Source of the DNA: Flavobacteriia bacterium
Lineage (GTDB): Bacteria; Bacteroidota; Bacteroidia; Flavobacteriales; Schleiferiaceae
Length of the DNA: 39,857 bases
NCBI GenBank assembly: GCA_949516455.1
Contig: CATILC010000017.1
Location: forward strand, 1-39,857
Direction: 5' to 3'
A program made the position numbers and the translations under genes. The notes beneath the pieces were generated by a model, which was not told where the DNA came from, did not search any database, and saw only the letters and a program-made list of their open reading frames with translations. Shown here piece by piece: positions 27,625 through 36,754 of this stretch (positions are counted from its first letter, which is position 1; each line of letters begins with the position of its first letter).

Positions 27625-28279
27625 GGTGAAAGATGCTGAAACGGCCTACAAAACTGCAGAATTCCTTTTGCAGATAAAAGCCATTGAATTGAGTCCAAAG
27701 GAGCCATTTCAATGGTCATCGGGATGGCGGTCGCCCATTTATTGCGACAACCGGAAGGCCTTGTCCTTCCCCATTATCCGCACTTTTTTGCGAGAACGCA
27801 TCGCCGCAGCCATCGAAGGGGCTTATACCCGTCCAGATGCCATTGCTGCGGTGGCCACCGGGGCCATTGCCCTTGGAGCGCTGGTCGCTGAGCAGATGAA
27901 CCTACCACTCGTTTACGTCCGTCCCGAACCCAAGAAACACGGAATGAAAAATCAGGTGGAGGGCCATTTGGAACCGGGACAAAAAGTGGTCGTGTTTGAA
28001 GACTTGGTGAGCACAGGAGGAAGTTCTCTCAAAGCCGTAAAGGCCTTGCGTGCAGAAGGCGCGGAGGTGCTGGGCATGATGGCCCTGTTCACCTACGGTT
28101 TTCAGGAGGCCGCACATCGATTTGAAGAGGCCAAATGCAGTCTTTTAACACTGAGCGATTACGAACATCTCATCGTTCAGGCGGCCAGAACAGGAGCCAT
28201 AAAAGAACAGGATGCCGACTTACTGAGCCAATGGCGTGAATCCCCTGAAAATTGGGGACAGACTCCATCACATTCATGA
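27623..28279 (+). CDS. pyrE: Orotate phosphoribosyltransferase
   Basis: 218 aa from ATG 27623 (MVKDAETAYKTAEFLLQIKAIELSPKEPFQWSSGWRSPIYCDNR). PRPP-binding motif VVVFEDLVSTGGSS. Confidence 0.92.
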   Translation: MVKDAETAYKTAEFLLQIKAIELSPKEPFQWSSGWRSPIYCDNRKALSFPIIRTFLRERIAAAIEGAYTRPDAIAAVATGAIALGALVAEQMNLPLVYVRPEPKKHGMKNQVEGHLEPGQKVVVFEDLVSTGGSSLKAVKALRAEGAEVLGMMALFTYGFQEAAHRFEEAKCSLLTLSDYEHLIVQAARTGAIKEQDADLLSQWRESPENWGQTPSHS

Positions 28280-28668
28280 CCACCTACACAGGACCCGAAA
28301 TCCAGATCCAACGTTCAGCGGACGCACTCAAAGCGCATCTGTCCGACTTCTCCAACTTTGAAGCTCTTTTTCCCGATAGCGTTACTTATTTCAAGGTGTA
28401 TGATGAGGGATTCACCTTTCAATTGGGCCAGCTGCCAAAGGTGGCATTGAAAAGAGAAGCATCTGAAGATCCCGACCGATTGGTGCTGGGTTCGGCGGGC
28501 GGCACGGTGGATTTTCGTCTGATCGCACATTTCAATTCACTCGGGGACGAGGCCTGTCGGGTCTGCCTGACCGTAGAAGGAGACTTCAATCCCATGATCA
28601 GAATGATGCTCGAAAAGCCGCTCAATCAACTCCTGACCGACCTTTCTGATGGCCTGAGTAAACTCTGA
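28276..28668 (+). CDS. Small conserved protein, possibly SRPBCC/START-like fold
   Basis: 130 aa from ATG 28276, in an ATGA overlap with the pyrE stop. There are no catalytic motifs. The fold guess rests only on size and sequence pattern (SADALKAHLSDFSNFEALFPD). Confidence 0.55.
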   Translation: MTTYTGPEIQIQRSADALKAHLSDFSNFEALFPDSVTYFKVYDEGFTFQLGQLPKVALKREASEDPDRLVLGSAGGTVDFRLIAHFNSLGDEACRVCLTVEGDFNPMIRMMLEKPLNQLLTDLSDGLSKL

Positions 28669-28677
28669 CGCATTTTA

Positions 28678-28691
28678 CTATGCATGCATAG
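28678..28691. promoter_or_regulatory. Perfect 14-bp palindrome CTATGCATGCATAG, a candidate MarR operator (alternatively a weak terminator hairpin)
   Basis: It equals its own reverse complement. It lies 35 nt upstream of the marR ATG and overlaps an imperfect -7-like TAGCTTTT. It is followed by the T-rich CTTTTCTTTG. Confidence 0.4.
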
Positions 28692-28726
28692 CTTTTCTTT
28701 GTACCTTCATCGGACCAAAGACGTCC

Positions 28727-29170
28727 ATGAAGCCTGAAGAGACCATCGATTTCCATTTAAAAAGTGCCTGGCAGTCGTTGAGCCGTATGTACAACGACTT
28801 GGCCCAATCTTATGGCGGTACGATGGCCACTGGCCACGTCCTGCTCAGCATTGATTCAAAAGGCACTCCGTCTACGGCCCTTGGACCCAAGATGGGCATG
28901 GAAGCCACCAGCCTGAGCCGCACCCTGAAAGTGCTGGAAGAGCGCCAACTTATCGAGCGAAGCAAGCATCCTTCGGATGGTAGGGTCGTTCTGATCCACC
29001 TGACAGATGAGGGAAAGAAAATGAGGGCGCATGCGCGCAACGCCGTGATCGAATTCAATTCACGCATTCAAGAGTTGGTCGCTCCATCCGACCTACAAGC
29101 GTTTTTCAGAGTGGCACAAGGCATCACAGAATTTTCTGCATCAGAAAAAAAATCTCAACGAACAATATGA
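28727..29170 (+). CDS. MarR-family transcriptional regulator
   Basis: 147 aa with a winged-helix segment LGPKMGMEATSLSRTLKVLEERQLIERSKHPSDGRVVLIHLTDEGKK. Its stop overlaps the fadN start (ATGA). Confidence 0.85.
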   Translation: MKPEETIDFHLKSAWQSLSRMYNDLAQSYGGTMATGHVLLSIDSKGTPSTALGPKMGMEATSLSRTLKVLEERQLIERSKHPSDGRVVLIHLTDEGKKMRAHARNAVIEFNSRIQELVAPSDLQAFFRVAQGITEFSASEKKSQRTI

Positions 29171-31572
29171 ACAACAGGATCATACGCAAAGTAGGTGTCA
29201 TTGGATCCGGCATCATGGGCGCACAGATCGCCTGCCATTTTGCCAACATCGGCGTTCAGGCTGTTCTGCTCGACATCCTGCCCTCCTCACCTACCGAAGA
29301 AGAAGAAAAAAAGGGGCTGGGCATGGACCACCCTTTGGTCCGGAACCGAATTGCCCGTGAAAACCTAAAGAAGACAAAGGCGCTCAACCCTAATCCGTTG
29401 TACAGCAGGTCCTTTGCATCGCGCATCCAGACCGGTAACCTCGAAGACCATTTGGCATGGCTCTCTGATGTAGACTGGATCATTGAGGTGGTGACCGAAC
29501 GCCTGGACATCAAAAAAGAGGTCTTTTCGCGCATCGAGGAAGTCAGGAAACCGGGTACCCTGATCTCTTCAAACACATCGGGGATACCGATCCACAGTAT
29601 GCTTGAAGGCAGAGGCGACGACTTCTGTGCCCATTTCTGTGGAACACATTTCTTCAATCCGCCCCGTTATCTGCAGCTCCTGGAGATCATACCGACCGAA
29701 AAGACCGCTCCTGAGGTTGTGGATTTTCTCATGCACTACGGAGATCTTTTTCTCGGAAAAACAACCGTCCTGGCCAAGGATACACCTGCTTTCATTGCCA
29801 ACCGAATCGGTGTCTTCAGCATCATGGCCCTCTTTCACTATATGGAAACCGCCGATCTGAGCATCGATGAAGTCGATAAACTGACCGGGCCTTTGATCGG
29901 AAGACCCAAATCAGCCACTTTTAGAACTTCTGATCTCGTAGGTCTGGACACTCTGGTCCATGTGGCCAAGGGCCTGCAGCATGCCTGCCCGGAAGATGAG
30001 CGCCGTTCGGTCTTTCAGCTCCCAGGATTCGTCGAACAAATGGTCGGCGAGGGAAGGCTTGGAAGCAAGACTGGCGCTGGCTTCTACAAAAAGATCAAGG
30101 ACGAGGACGGCAAGCGCAAGATCCTCTCGCTGGATTTGAAGACCGGTGCTTATGGAGCAGCCCAAAAGAGGAAATTCGCCACCCTCGAGCAAACCCGATC
30201 CATCGAATCCGTGGCCGACCGGCTCCCTGTGCTCATAGGGGGCTCGGATGCCACGGCAGCCTTCTATCGGGCGCAATTGGGTCAATTGTTCGCCTACACC
30301 AGCCACCGTGTACCCGAGATCTCGGATGAGATCTACCGCATCGATGATGCGCTGAGGGCAGGATTCGGATGGGAGCACGGACCCTTTGAGCTTTGGGATG
30401 CCATTGGCCTGAAAAAGGGGATCGAACTGGCTGAGCAGTCCGGCCATCCAGTAAGCCAGTGGGTCTTGGATCTTGCCAAAGAAGATAAAGGCAGGTTCTA
30501 CAAAACAGAAAATGGCCAAAGACTCTGTCTGAATCCGAACACGAAAGCACATCATCCCGTCGCGAGCGATACCGGACGCATCGTATTGAATCAGATCCGT
30601 GAGGGGTCGACGGTTTGGAAAAACAAAGAGTGCTCCCTTATCGATCTCGGAGACGGCATTTTGAATTTCGAAGTGCACTCGAAGATGAACACCCTCGGAG
30701 GTGCTGTGCTCAGTGGACTGAATAAAGCCTTCGACCTGGCAGAAAGCTCGTACAAAGGGCTGGTCATTGGGAATCAGGGGGCTCAATTCAGCGCGGGTGC
30801 GAATCTGGCCATGATCTTCATGCTCGCAACCGAAGGGGAATGGGAAGAGCTGGACTTTGCGGTCCGATACTTCCAGAAGAGTGTAATGCGCGTACGCTAT
30901 TCGGGCATTCCTGTGGTGGTCGCGCCCCACGGACTGAGTCTGGGTGGAGGTTGTGAAATGAGTCTGCATGCGGATGCGGTCCAGGCAGCTGCAGAAACCT
31001 ATACTGGCCTGGTGGAGGTGGGTGTGGGACTCATTCCTGGAGGAGGAGGTACCAAGGAGATGACAAAAAGAGCTTCGGAACGCTATGTAAAAGACGATGT
31101 GGAGCTCAATGCACTGCGCGAATACTACCTCACGATCGGTATGGCCAAGGTGGCCACTTCCGCCCATGAAGCTTTTGAACTCGGACTCTTTCAGAACGGA
31201 AAGGACCAGATCAGTGTGTCCAAACAGCGACAACTAACAGATGCCAAGCAGAAAGCCCTATTGCTCGCAGATCTGGGCTATTCCCCTCCTGTAGGGAAAA
31301 CGATCAAGGTCCTCGGACGCCAGGCGCTCGGCATGTTCGAAGCCGGCGCATACGCCATGCAAGAAGGCGGATACATCAGCGAACACGATCGATTGATCAG
31401 CTCGAAACTCGCCTACATCATGAGCGGCGGGGATCTGTCTGAAGCCACGGAAGTCAGCGAGCAGTATCTGCTCGACTTGGAACGTGAAGCCTTCCTGAGC
31501 CTTTGTGGAGAACGCAAGACCCTGGAACGCATCCAGCATATGCTGAAAACCGGCAAACCATTGAGAAACTAA
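29167..31572 (+). CDS. fadN: Bifunctional 3-hydroxyacyl-CoA dehydrogenase / enoyl-CoA hydratase (FadN-type domain order)
   Basis: 801 aa. N-terminal Rossmann motif VGVIGSGIMGAQIA (HACD), and a C-terminal crotonase-like segment (GLVIGNQGAQFSAGANLAMIF). This is the same domain order as Bacillus FadN and is reversed relative to E. coli FadB. Confidence 0.9.
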   Translation: MNNRIIRKVGVIGSGIMGAQIACHFANIGVQAVLLDILPSSPTEEEEKKGLGMDHPLVRNRIARENLKKTKALNPNPLYSRSFASRIQTGNLEDHLAWLSDVDWIIEVVTERLDIKKEVFSRIEEVRKPGTLISSNTSGIPIHSMLEGRGDDFCAHFCGTHFFNPPRYLQLLEIIPTEKTAPEVVDFLMHYGDLFLGKTTVLAKDTPAFIANRIGVFSIMALFHYMETADLSIDEVDKLTGPLIGRPKSATFRTSDLVGLDTLVHVAKGLQHACPEDERRSVFQLPGFVEQMVGEGRLGSKTGAGFYKKIKDEDGKRKILSLDLKTGAYGAAQKRKFATLEQTRSIESVADRLPVLIGGSDATAAFYRAQLGQLFAYTSHRVPEISDEIYRIDDALRAGFGWEHGPFELWDAIGLKKGIELAEQSGHPVSQWVLDLAKEDKGRFYKTENGQRLCLNPNTKAHHPVASDTGRIVLNQIREGSTVWKNKECSLIDLGDGILNFEVHSKMNTLGGAVLSGLNKAFDLAESSYKGLVIGNQGAQFSAGANLAMIFMLATEGEWEELDFAVRYFQKSVMRVRYSGIPVVVAPHGLSLGGGCEMSLHADAVQAAAETYTGLVEVGVGLIPGGGGTKEMTKRASERYVKDDVELNALREYYLTIGMAKVATSAHEAFELGLFQNGKDQISVSKQRQLTDAKQKALLLADLGYSPPVGKTIKVLGRQALGMFEAGAYAMQEGGYISEHDRLISSKLAYIMSGGDLSEATEVSEQYLLDLEREAFLSLCGERKTLERIQHMLKTGKPLRN

Positions 31573-31584
31573 GAAATACGACGC

Positions 31585-32766
31585 ATGAAGAACGAAGCGT
31601 ACATAGTTGCCGCCAAGCGATCAGCGGTAGGCAAAGCCAACAAAGGCAGTCTGCGGTCTGTACGGCCTGACGATCTCGCCGCATCGGTCATTCGATCGCT
31701 CATGGGCGAACTGCCCCAACTCGACAAGAAGTCCGTGGACGACGTACTGGTGGGAAATGCCATGCCCGAGGCCGAACAAGGCTTGAACATGGGCCGGTTG
31801 GTCTCACTGCTTGGCCTGGAGGTGGTCGATGTTCCCGGAGCGACCGTGAACCGTTATTGTGCGAGCGGCTTGGAAACCATTGCCATGGCCACAGCCAAGA
31901 TCCGTTCCGGTATGGCCGATGTGATCATTGCCGGCGGTGCGGAATCCATGAGCTACATCCCCATGGGCGGCTGGAAAGTGACGCCTAATTACGGCATATC
32001 CCAGACCCACGCGGACTGGTACAACAATATGGGACTCACAGCAGAAGCCGTCGCCCAGGAATTCAAAGTGAGCAGAGAAGACCAGGATCTCTTTGCGCTG
32101 CAGTCGCACAAAAAAGCAACCGAGGCCATCGAAGCTGGACGATTCAAAGAAGAGATCGTTCCTTACGAATGGGAAGCCATCGTTCTGGATGAAAAAGAAA
32201 AGAGGAAAACCAAGACCCGCCGCTTTGACACCGACGAAGGGCCGCGAAAGGACACTGACCCCGAGGCATTGGCACGCCTTCGGCCCGTATTTGCACAAAA
32301 GGGAAGCGTAACGGCTGGTAATTCTTCTCAGACCAGCGATGGCGCCGCCTTCGCGGTGGTCATGAGCGAAAGGAAAATGCGTGAACTGGGGCTCGAGCCC
32401 ATTGCTCGTTTGGTGAGTTATGCCGTGGCAGGTGTAGAACCCCGGATCATGGGGATCGGACCCATTAAAGCGGTTCCAAAAGCCCTTCAGGCAGCGAACA
32501 TGAAGCTGACCGACCTCGACCTGATCGAGCTCAACGAAGCCTTTGCCTCCCAGTCCCTTGCCGTAATCCGTGAATTGGATATCGACCAAAGCATCCTCAA
32601 TGTGAACGGAGGGGCCATTGCCCTGGGCCATCCACTCGGATGCTCAGGAGCCAAACTCAGCGTGCAACTCTTCCACGAACTCAAGCGCAGAAAAAAGAAA
32701 TACGGCATGGTGAGCATGTGCGTCGGGACCGGCCAAGGTGCCGCCGGAATTTTTGAAATGCAATGA
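31585..32766 (+). CDS. fadA: Acetyl-CoA C-acyltransferase (3-ketoacyl-CoA thiolase)
   Basis: 393 aa with active-site Cys context [13 protein letters not shown] and the C-terminal motif [19 protein letters not shown]. Confidence 0.95.
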   Translation: MKNEAYIVAAKRSAVGKANKGSLRSVRPDDLAASVIRSLMGELPQLDKKSVDDVLVGNAMPEAEQGLNMGRLVSLLGLEVVDVPGATVNRYCASGLETIAMATAKIRSGMADVIIAGGAESMSYIPMGGWKVTPNYGISQTHADWYNNMGLTAEAVAQEFKVSREDQDLFALQSHKKATEAIEAGRFKEEIVPYEWEAIVLDEKEKRKTKTRRFDTDEGPRKDTDPEALARLRPVFAQKGSVTAGNSSQTSDGAAFAVVMSERKMRELGLEPIARLVSYAVAGVEPRIMGIGPIKAVPKALQAANMKLTDLDLIELNEAFASQSLAVIRELDIDQSILNVNGGAIALGHPLGCSGAKLSVQLFHELKRRKKKYGMVSMCVGTGQGAAGIFEMQ

Positions 32767-34583
32767 TCCAAGAACAAAAAATGAACGAAGAAAAAACGAA
32801 AAGAACACTGGGCGGAGGAAGTTTCCTGATCGAAGAAACTCCGTACACCGATGTCTTCACACCCGAGGACTTCAGCGAAGAGCAGCTCATGATGGCTGGC
32901 GCCACCACTGATTTTGTGGAACAGGAAGTCTGGCCCAACAAACAACGCATGGAGCGGAAGGACTTCGATCTCACCCTGGACCTCATGAAGAAGGCGGGGG
33001 AGCTCGGACTTTTGGGCATCTATGTTCCAGAAAAATACGGAGGACTCGGCATGGGTTTCAACACCTCCATGCTCATCTGCGACCGGATCTCCGGCGCCTC
33101 AGGCAGTCTGTCTACGGCCTATGGTGCCCATACGGGCATCGGAATCCTCCCCATCCTTCTCTATGGAACGGAAGCCCAGAGAAGCACCTACCTGCCAAAG
33201 CTGGCCAGCGGAGAGTGGATCGGTGCCTACTGCCTGACTGAACCGGGCGCGGGCAGCGATGCCAACAGCGGGAAGACACGTGCAGTGCCCAGCGCGGATG
33301 GAAAGAGTTATTCGATCACCGGACAGAAGATGTGGATCTCCAATGCCGGATACGCCCAACTCTTCATCGTGTTTGCACGCATTGAAGACGATGAGAATAT
33401 TTCAGCTTTTATCGTCGAAGAAGGTGCTGAAGGTCTGAGTCTGGGCGAAGAGGAGCACAAAATGGGGCTGGCGGCCTCCTCTACCCGACAGGTATTCCTG
33501 AACGAAGTGGTCGTTCCTGCGGAAAATCTGCTCGGTGAAAGGAATGGAGGATTCAAGATCGCCGTCAACGCCCTGAATATCGGGCGCATCAAACTGGCAG
33601 CAGCAGTGCTCGATGCCAACCGCCGTGGGATCACTGAATCTGTGAAATACGCTTCGGCCCGCAAGCAATTCAACAAGTCGCTTTCGGAATTTGGTGCGAT
33701 CCAGCAAAAGCTCGGCCGCATGATGACCCTGCACTGGGTTTCTGAATCCGCTTGCTACCGTGCCGGACAAGCCATAGAAGACCACATTGCCCGACTCTCC
33801 AAGGACGGTCTGGGTCTGCAGGAATCCAAACTCAAAGGAGCCGAAGAATTCGCCATCGAATGTGCCGTACTCAAGGTGCACGCCTCCGAGGCAGGAAGCA
33901 TCGTCGTGGACGAAGCCGTTCAGATCTTCGGTGGAATGGGTTATTCAGCGGATGCGCCCATGGAGAGTGCCTACCGCGATATTCGTATCTCTCGCATCTA
34001 CGAGGGCACGAACGAGATCAACCGGATGCTCATTGTGGGGATGTTGCTGAAAAAAGCCATGAAGGGACAGCTCGATCTGATGGGGCCCGCACTCAAGGTG
34101 GGACAAGAACTGATGGAGATCCCCAGCTTTGAGGAGCCCGATGCCGATACGCCCTTTGCCGAAGAAAAAGAGGCATTGGAAAGACTCAAGAAGGCCTTTC
34201 TCATGGTGGCCGGAAAAGCCGTTGAACACTTTGCCATGGCCCTGGAGGAAGAACAGGAGATCCTGATGGGTGCAGCGGATATGGTGATGGAGATCTACCA
34301 CCTTGAATCCGCCCTACTCCGTGCCGAGAAGCTTCGGGCGACAAGCAAGGACGGCAAGGCGGAACAGGCCGCACGGATCGTTCGGCTCTACATGTACGAG
34401 GCCCAGGAACGGACCGCACGCGCAGGAAGAGAAGCCATCTACTCCTTTACAGAGGGAGACGAGCAGCGCATGTTGCTGATGGGCCTGAAACGCTTTACCA
34501 AACTGAGAAATCCCTTCAACATCAAAGAGGAACGCAGGAAAGTGGCTCAGGTACTCCTCGAAGATGGCCGCTGCCCATTCTGA
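32763..34583 (+). CDS. fadE: Long acyl-CoA dehydrogenase with a C-terminal extension
   Basis: 606 aa with [19 protein letters not shown] and [10 protein letters not shown]. The start forms an ATGA overlap with the fadA stop; an alternative ATG lies at 32781. Confidence 0.9.
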   Translation: MIQEQKMNEEKTKRTLGGGSFLIEETPYTDVFTPEDFSEEQLMMAGATTDFVEQEVWPNKQRMERKDFDLTLDLMKKAGELGLLGIYVPEKYGGLGMGFNTSMLICDRISGASGSLSTAYGAHTGIGILPILLYGTEAQRSTYLPKLASGEWIGAYCLTEPGAGSDANSGKTRAVPSADGKSYSITGQKMWISNAGYAQLFIVFARIEDDENISAFIVEEGAEGLSLGEEEHKMGLAASSTRQVFLNEVVVPAENLLGERNGGFKIAVNALNIGRIKLAAAVLDANRRGITESVKYASARKQFNKSLSEFGAIQQKLGRMMTLHWVSESACYRAGQAIEDHIARLSKDGLGLQESKLKGAEEFAIECAVLKVHASEAGSIVVDEAVQIFGGMGYSADAPMESAYRDIRISRIYEGTNEINRMLIVGMLLKKAMKGQLDLMGPALKVGQELMEIPSFEEPDADTPFAEEKEALERLKKAFLMVAGKAVEHFAMALEEEQEILMGAADMVMEIYHLESALLRAEKLRATSKDGKAEQAARIVRLYMYEAQERTARAGREAIYSFTEGDEQRMLLMGLKRFTKLRNPFNIKEERRKVAQVLLEDGRCPF

Positions 34584-34696
34584 TCTTCCGAGCAGGTCGT
34601 TTCTGGCTTTCGGCAAGACGGCCATGATCATTTTTTTGGGTGATCAAAAAAGAAGATTCGAAATTGCGACATGAATTCGCAGCATGAGCTAAGGCA

Positions 34697-34945
34697 ATGA
34701 AGGACCGTACAGGCTACTGGAAAAAGAATCTTCGTTTGCTCACGATCCTGCTGAGCGTTTGGTTCATTGTGAGTTTTGGTTTCGGGATCCTCTTTGTAGA
34801 TGTGCTCAATACCGTACGTATCGGTGGCTTCAAACTGGGGTTCTGGTTTGCCCAGCAGGGATCGATCTACGTCTTCATTGCGCTGATCTTCATCTACGTG
34901 CAGAGAATGAACCGCCTGGAAAAGGAATACGATCTGGACGAATAA
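34697..34945 (+). CDS. DUF4212 small membrane protein (putative solute:sodium symporter small subunit)
   Basis: 82 aa with two TM segments. YWKKNLRLLTILLSVWFIVSFG...GFKLGFWFAQQGSIYVF matches my recollection of the family. It lies directly upstream of an SSS transporter. Confidence 0.8.
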   Translation: MKDRTGYWKKNLRLLTILLSVWFIVSFGFGILFVDVLNTVRIGGFKLGFWFAQQGSIYVFIALIFIYVQRMNRLEKEYDLDE

Positions 34946-34957
34946 AGGAAGGCTGCC

Positions 34958-36679
34958 GTGGATATTCTCAGCTGGACCTATTTGATCGTTGGCATCACCT
35001 TCGCCCTGTACATCGGCATTGCGATCTGGTCCAAAGCGGGGAGCACCAAAGAATTTTACGTTGCCGGAGGCGGCATATCCCCCTTGGCCAACGGCATGGC
35101 CACTGCAGCCGATTGGATGTCTGCAGCCTCTTTCATTTCCATGGCTGGGCTGATCTCCTTCAGCGGATATGACGGTTCGGTCTATCTGATGGGCTGGACA
35201 GGTGGATATGTGCTGCTGGCCCTTCTGCTCGCCCCCTACCTGCGGAAATTTGGAAAATTCACGGTGCCTGCCTTCATTGGTGACCGCTACTACTCCAATA
35301 CGGCCCGTACCGTGGCGGTGGTCGCTGCCCTTTTTGTCTCATTCACGTATGTGGCCGGTCAGATGCGCGGCGTGGGTGTCGTCTTTGGAAGATATCTCGA
35401 GCCCCTGCTCAGTTCGATCGAAATATTTGGCCTGGACAACACGGGAAAAGGAGTGGTCATCGGTATGGTCGTCGTATTCTTTTATGCAGTGATCGGAGGG
35501 ATGAAAGGCATCACCTATACCCAGGTGGCCCAGTTCTGTGTATTGATCTTCGCCTTCATGGTGCCCGCCATCTTTCTGAGTATGATGCTGGTGGATTCAC
35601 CCATTCCGCAGATCGGATTCGGAGGAAAGGTAGCGGACGGCTCATACTTGCTGGATCGACTGGATGGCGTTCTGACCGAATTGGGATTTTCCGCCTACAC
35701 AGAAGGCAGCCGGTCCACCATCGACATCTTTTGTATCACGGCGGCACTCATGCTGGGAACAGCTGGTCTCCCCCACGTAATCGTTCGCTTCTTTACCGTA
35801 CCCAAAGTCCGGGACGCGCGAAAGTCGGCGGGTTACGCCCTGGCGTTCATTGCCATCTTGTACACCACGGCGCCGGCTGTCGCTGCCTTTGGGATGTACA
35901 ACATGCTCGAAAGCATTCAGAACAAAGAAGTCTCAGAACTTCCGCAGTGGGTGAGCAACTGGCGGGAAACCGGACTGATCGCCATTCAAGACAAGAATTC
36001 GGACGGAAAGGTGCAGTATGCAAGCGATGCCACCCAAAATGAGCTGACGATCGACAAGGACATCATGGTGCTGGCCAACCCGGAGATCGCCCAACTGCCC
36101 AATTGGGTCATTGGTCTGGTGGCGGCTGGCGGACTGGCGGCGGCACTCAGCACGGCTGCGGGTCTTCTTCTGGTGATCTCTACATCCATCTCCCACGATC
36201 TGATCAAGATGCAGATCAACCCAGCCATATCCGAAAAAGGTGAACTGCTCGCTGCTCGGGCAGCGGCTGTGGGAGCGGTGATCCTCGCCGGCTATTTTGG
36301 CATCCATCCACCGGACTATGTCGCTGCTGTAGTGGCTTTGGCCTTTGGCCTGGCTTCGGCTTCCTTTTTTCCCGCGCTTTTGATGGGCATTTTTTCCAAA
36401 AAAATGAATAAGGAAGGTGCGGTCTCTGGCATGATCGCAGGATTGGGGCTGACCCTGTTCTACATCCTCAAATTCAAATTCGGTCTTTTTGGAGGCGGCG
36501 GCCCGGAAGCTTATTGGTTTGGCGTTTCGCCTGAGGGATTCGGTCTGTTTGGAACGCTCATCAATTTTGTGGTGGCCTTCTGCGTCTCGCGTCTCACTCC
36601 ATTGCCTCCGGAGCACATCTCAGATCTGGTAGAGCATATCCGCGTGCCAAAAGGTGCTGGACAAGCGATGGACCACTGA
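34958..36679 (+). CDS. Sodium:solute symporter family transporter (VC_2705/ActP-like large subunit)
   Basis: 573 aa, polytopic, with a GTG start at 34958. It is paired with DUF4212 upstream and acs downstream. The substrate (acetate or another small carboxylate) is inferred from context only. Confidence 0.88.
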   Translation: MDILSWTYLIVGITFALYIGIAIWSKAGSTKEFYVAGGGISPLANGMATAADWMSAASFISMAGLISFSGYDGSVYLMGWTGGYVLLALLLAPYLRKFGKFTVPAFIGDRYYSNTARTVAVVAALFVSFTYVAGQMRGVGVVFGRYLEPLLSSIEIFGLDNTGKGVVIGMVVVFFYAVIGGMKGITYTQVAQFCVLIFAFMVPAIFLSMMLVDSPIPQIGFGGKVADGSYLLDRLDGVLTELGFSAYTEGSRSTIDIFCITAALMLGTAGLPHVIVRFFTVPKVRDARKSAGYALAFIAILYTTAPAVAAFGMYNMLESIQNKEVSELPQWVSNWRETGLIAIQDKNSDGKVQYASDATQNELTIDKDIMVLANPEIAQLPNWVIGLVAAGGLAAALSTAAGLLLVISTSISHDLIKMQINPAISEKGELLAARAAAVGAVILAGYFGIHPPDYVAAVVALAFGLASASFFPALLMGIFSKKMNKEGAVSGMIAGLGLTLFYILKFKFGLFGGGGPEAYWFGVSPEGFGLFGTLINFVVAFCVSRLTPLPPEHISDLVEHIRVPKGAGQAMDH

Positions 36680-36754
36680 TGAACAGAATCTGTGGGAGTG
36701 TATCTTCGAACCACAACTGTTTTGTTTTCCAACTGACCTGAACGCATTGGCCGC

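Noticed and set aside
29911-31233. 440-aa minus-strand ORF, the longest unexplained ORF in the track
   Set aside because: It lies entirely antisense to fadN, whose frame shows Rossmann and crotonase motifs. The antisense product has no recognisable features. Long stop-free antisense frames are expected in genes with biased codon usage. The same reasoning applies to 31804-32631 (antisense to fadA), 33402-33881 (fadE), 35933-36616 (SSS transporter) and 37649-38368 (acs).
34595-34650. Possible fadE terminator (GGTCGTTT...AAGACGGCC with G-U pairs) and the TGATCA-T7 / TGATCA-A7 arrangement
   Set aside because: The stem needs several wobble pairs and has a 13-nt loop. The T-run begins 8 nt after the stem. 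The T7/A6 pairing would be an all-A-U helix. This is too weak to call a terminator or regulatory structure from sequence alone.
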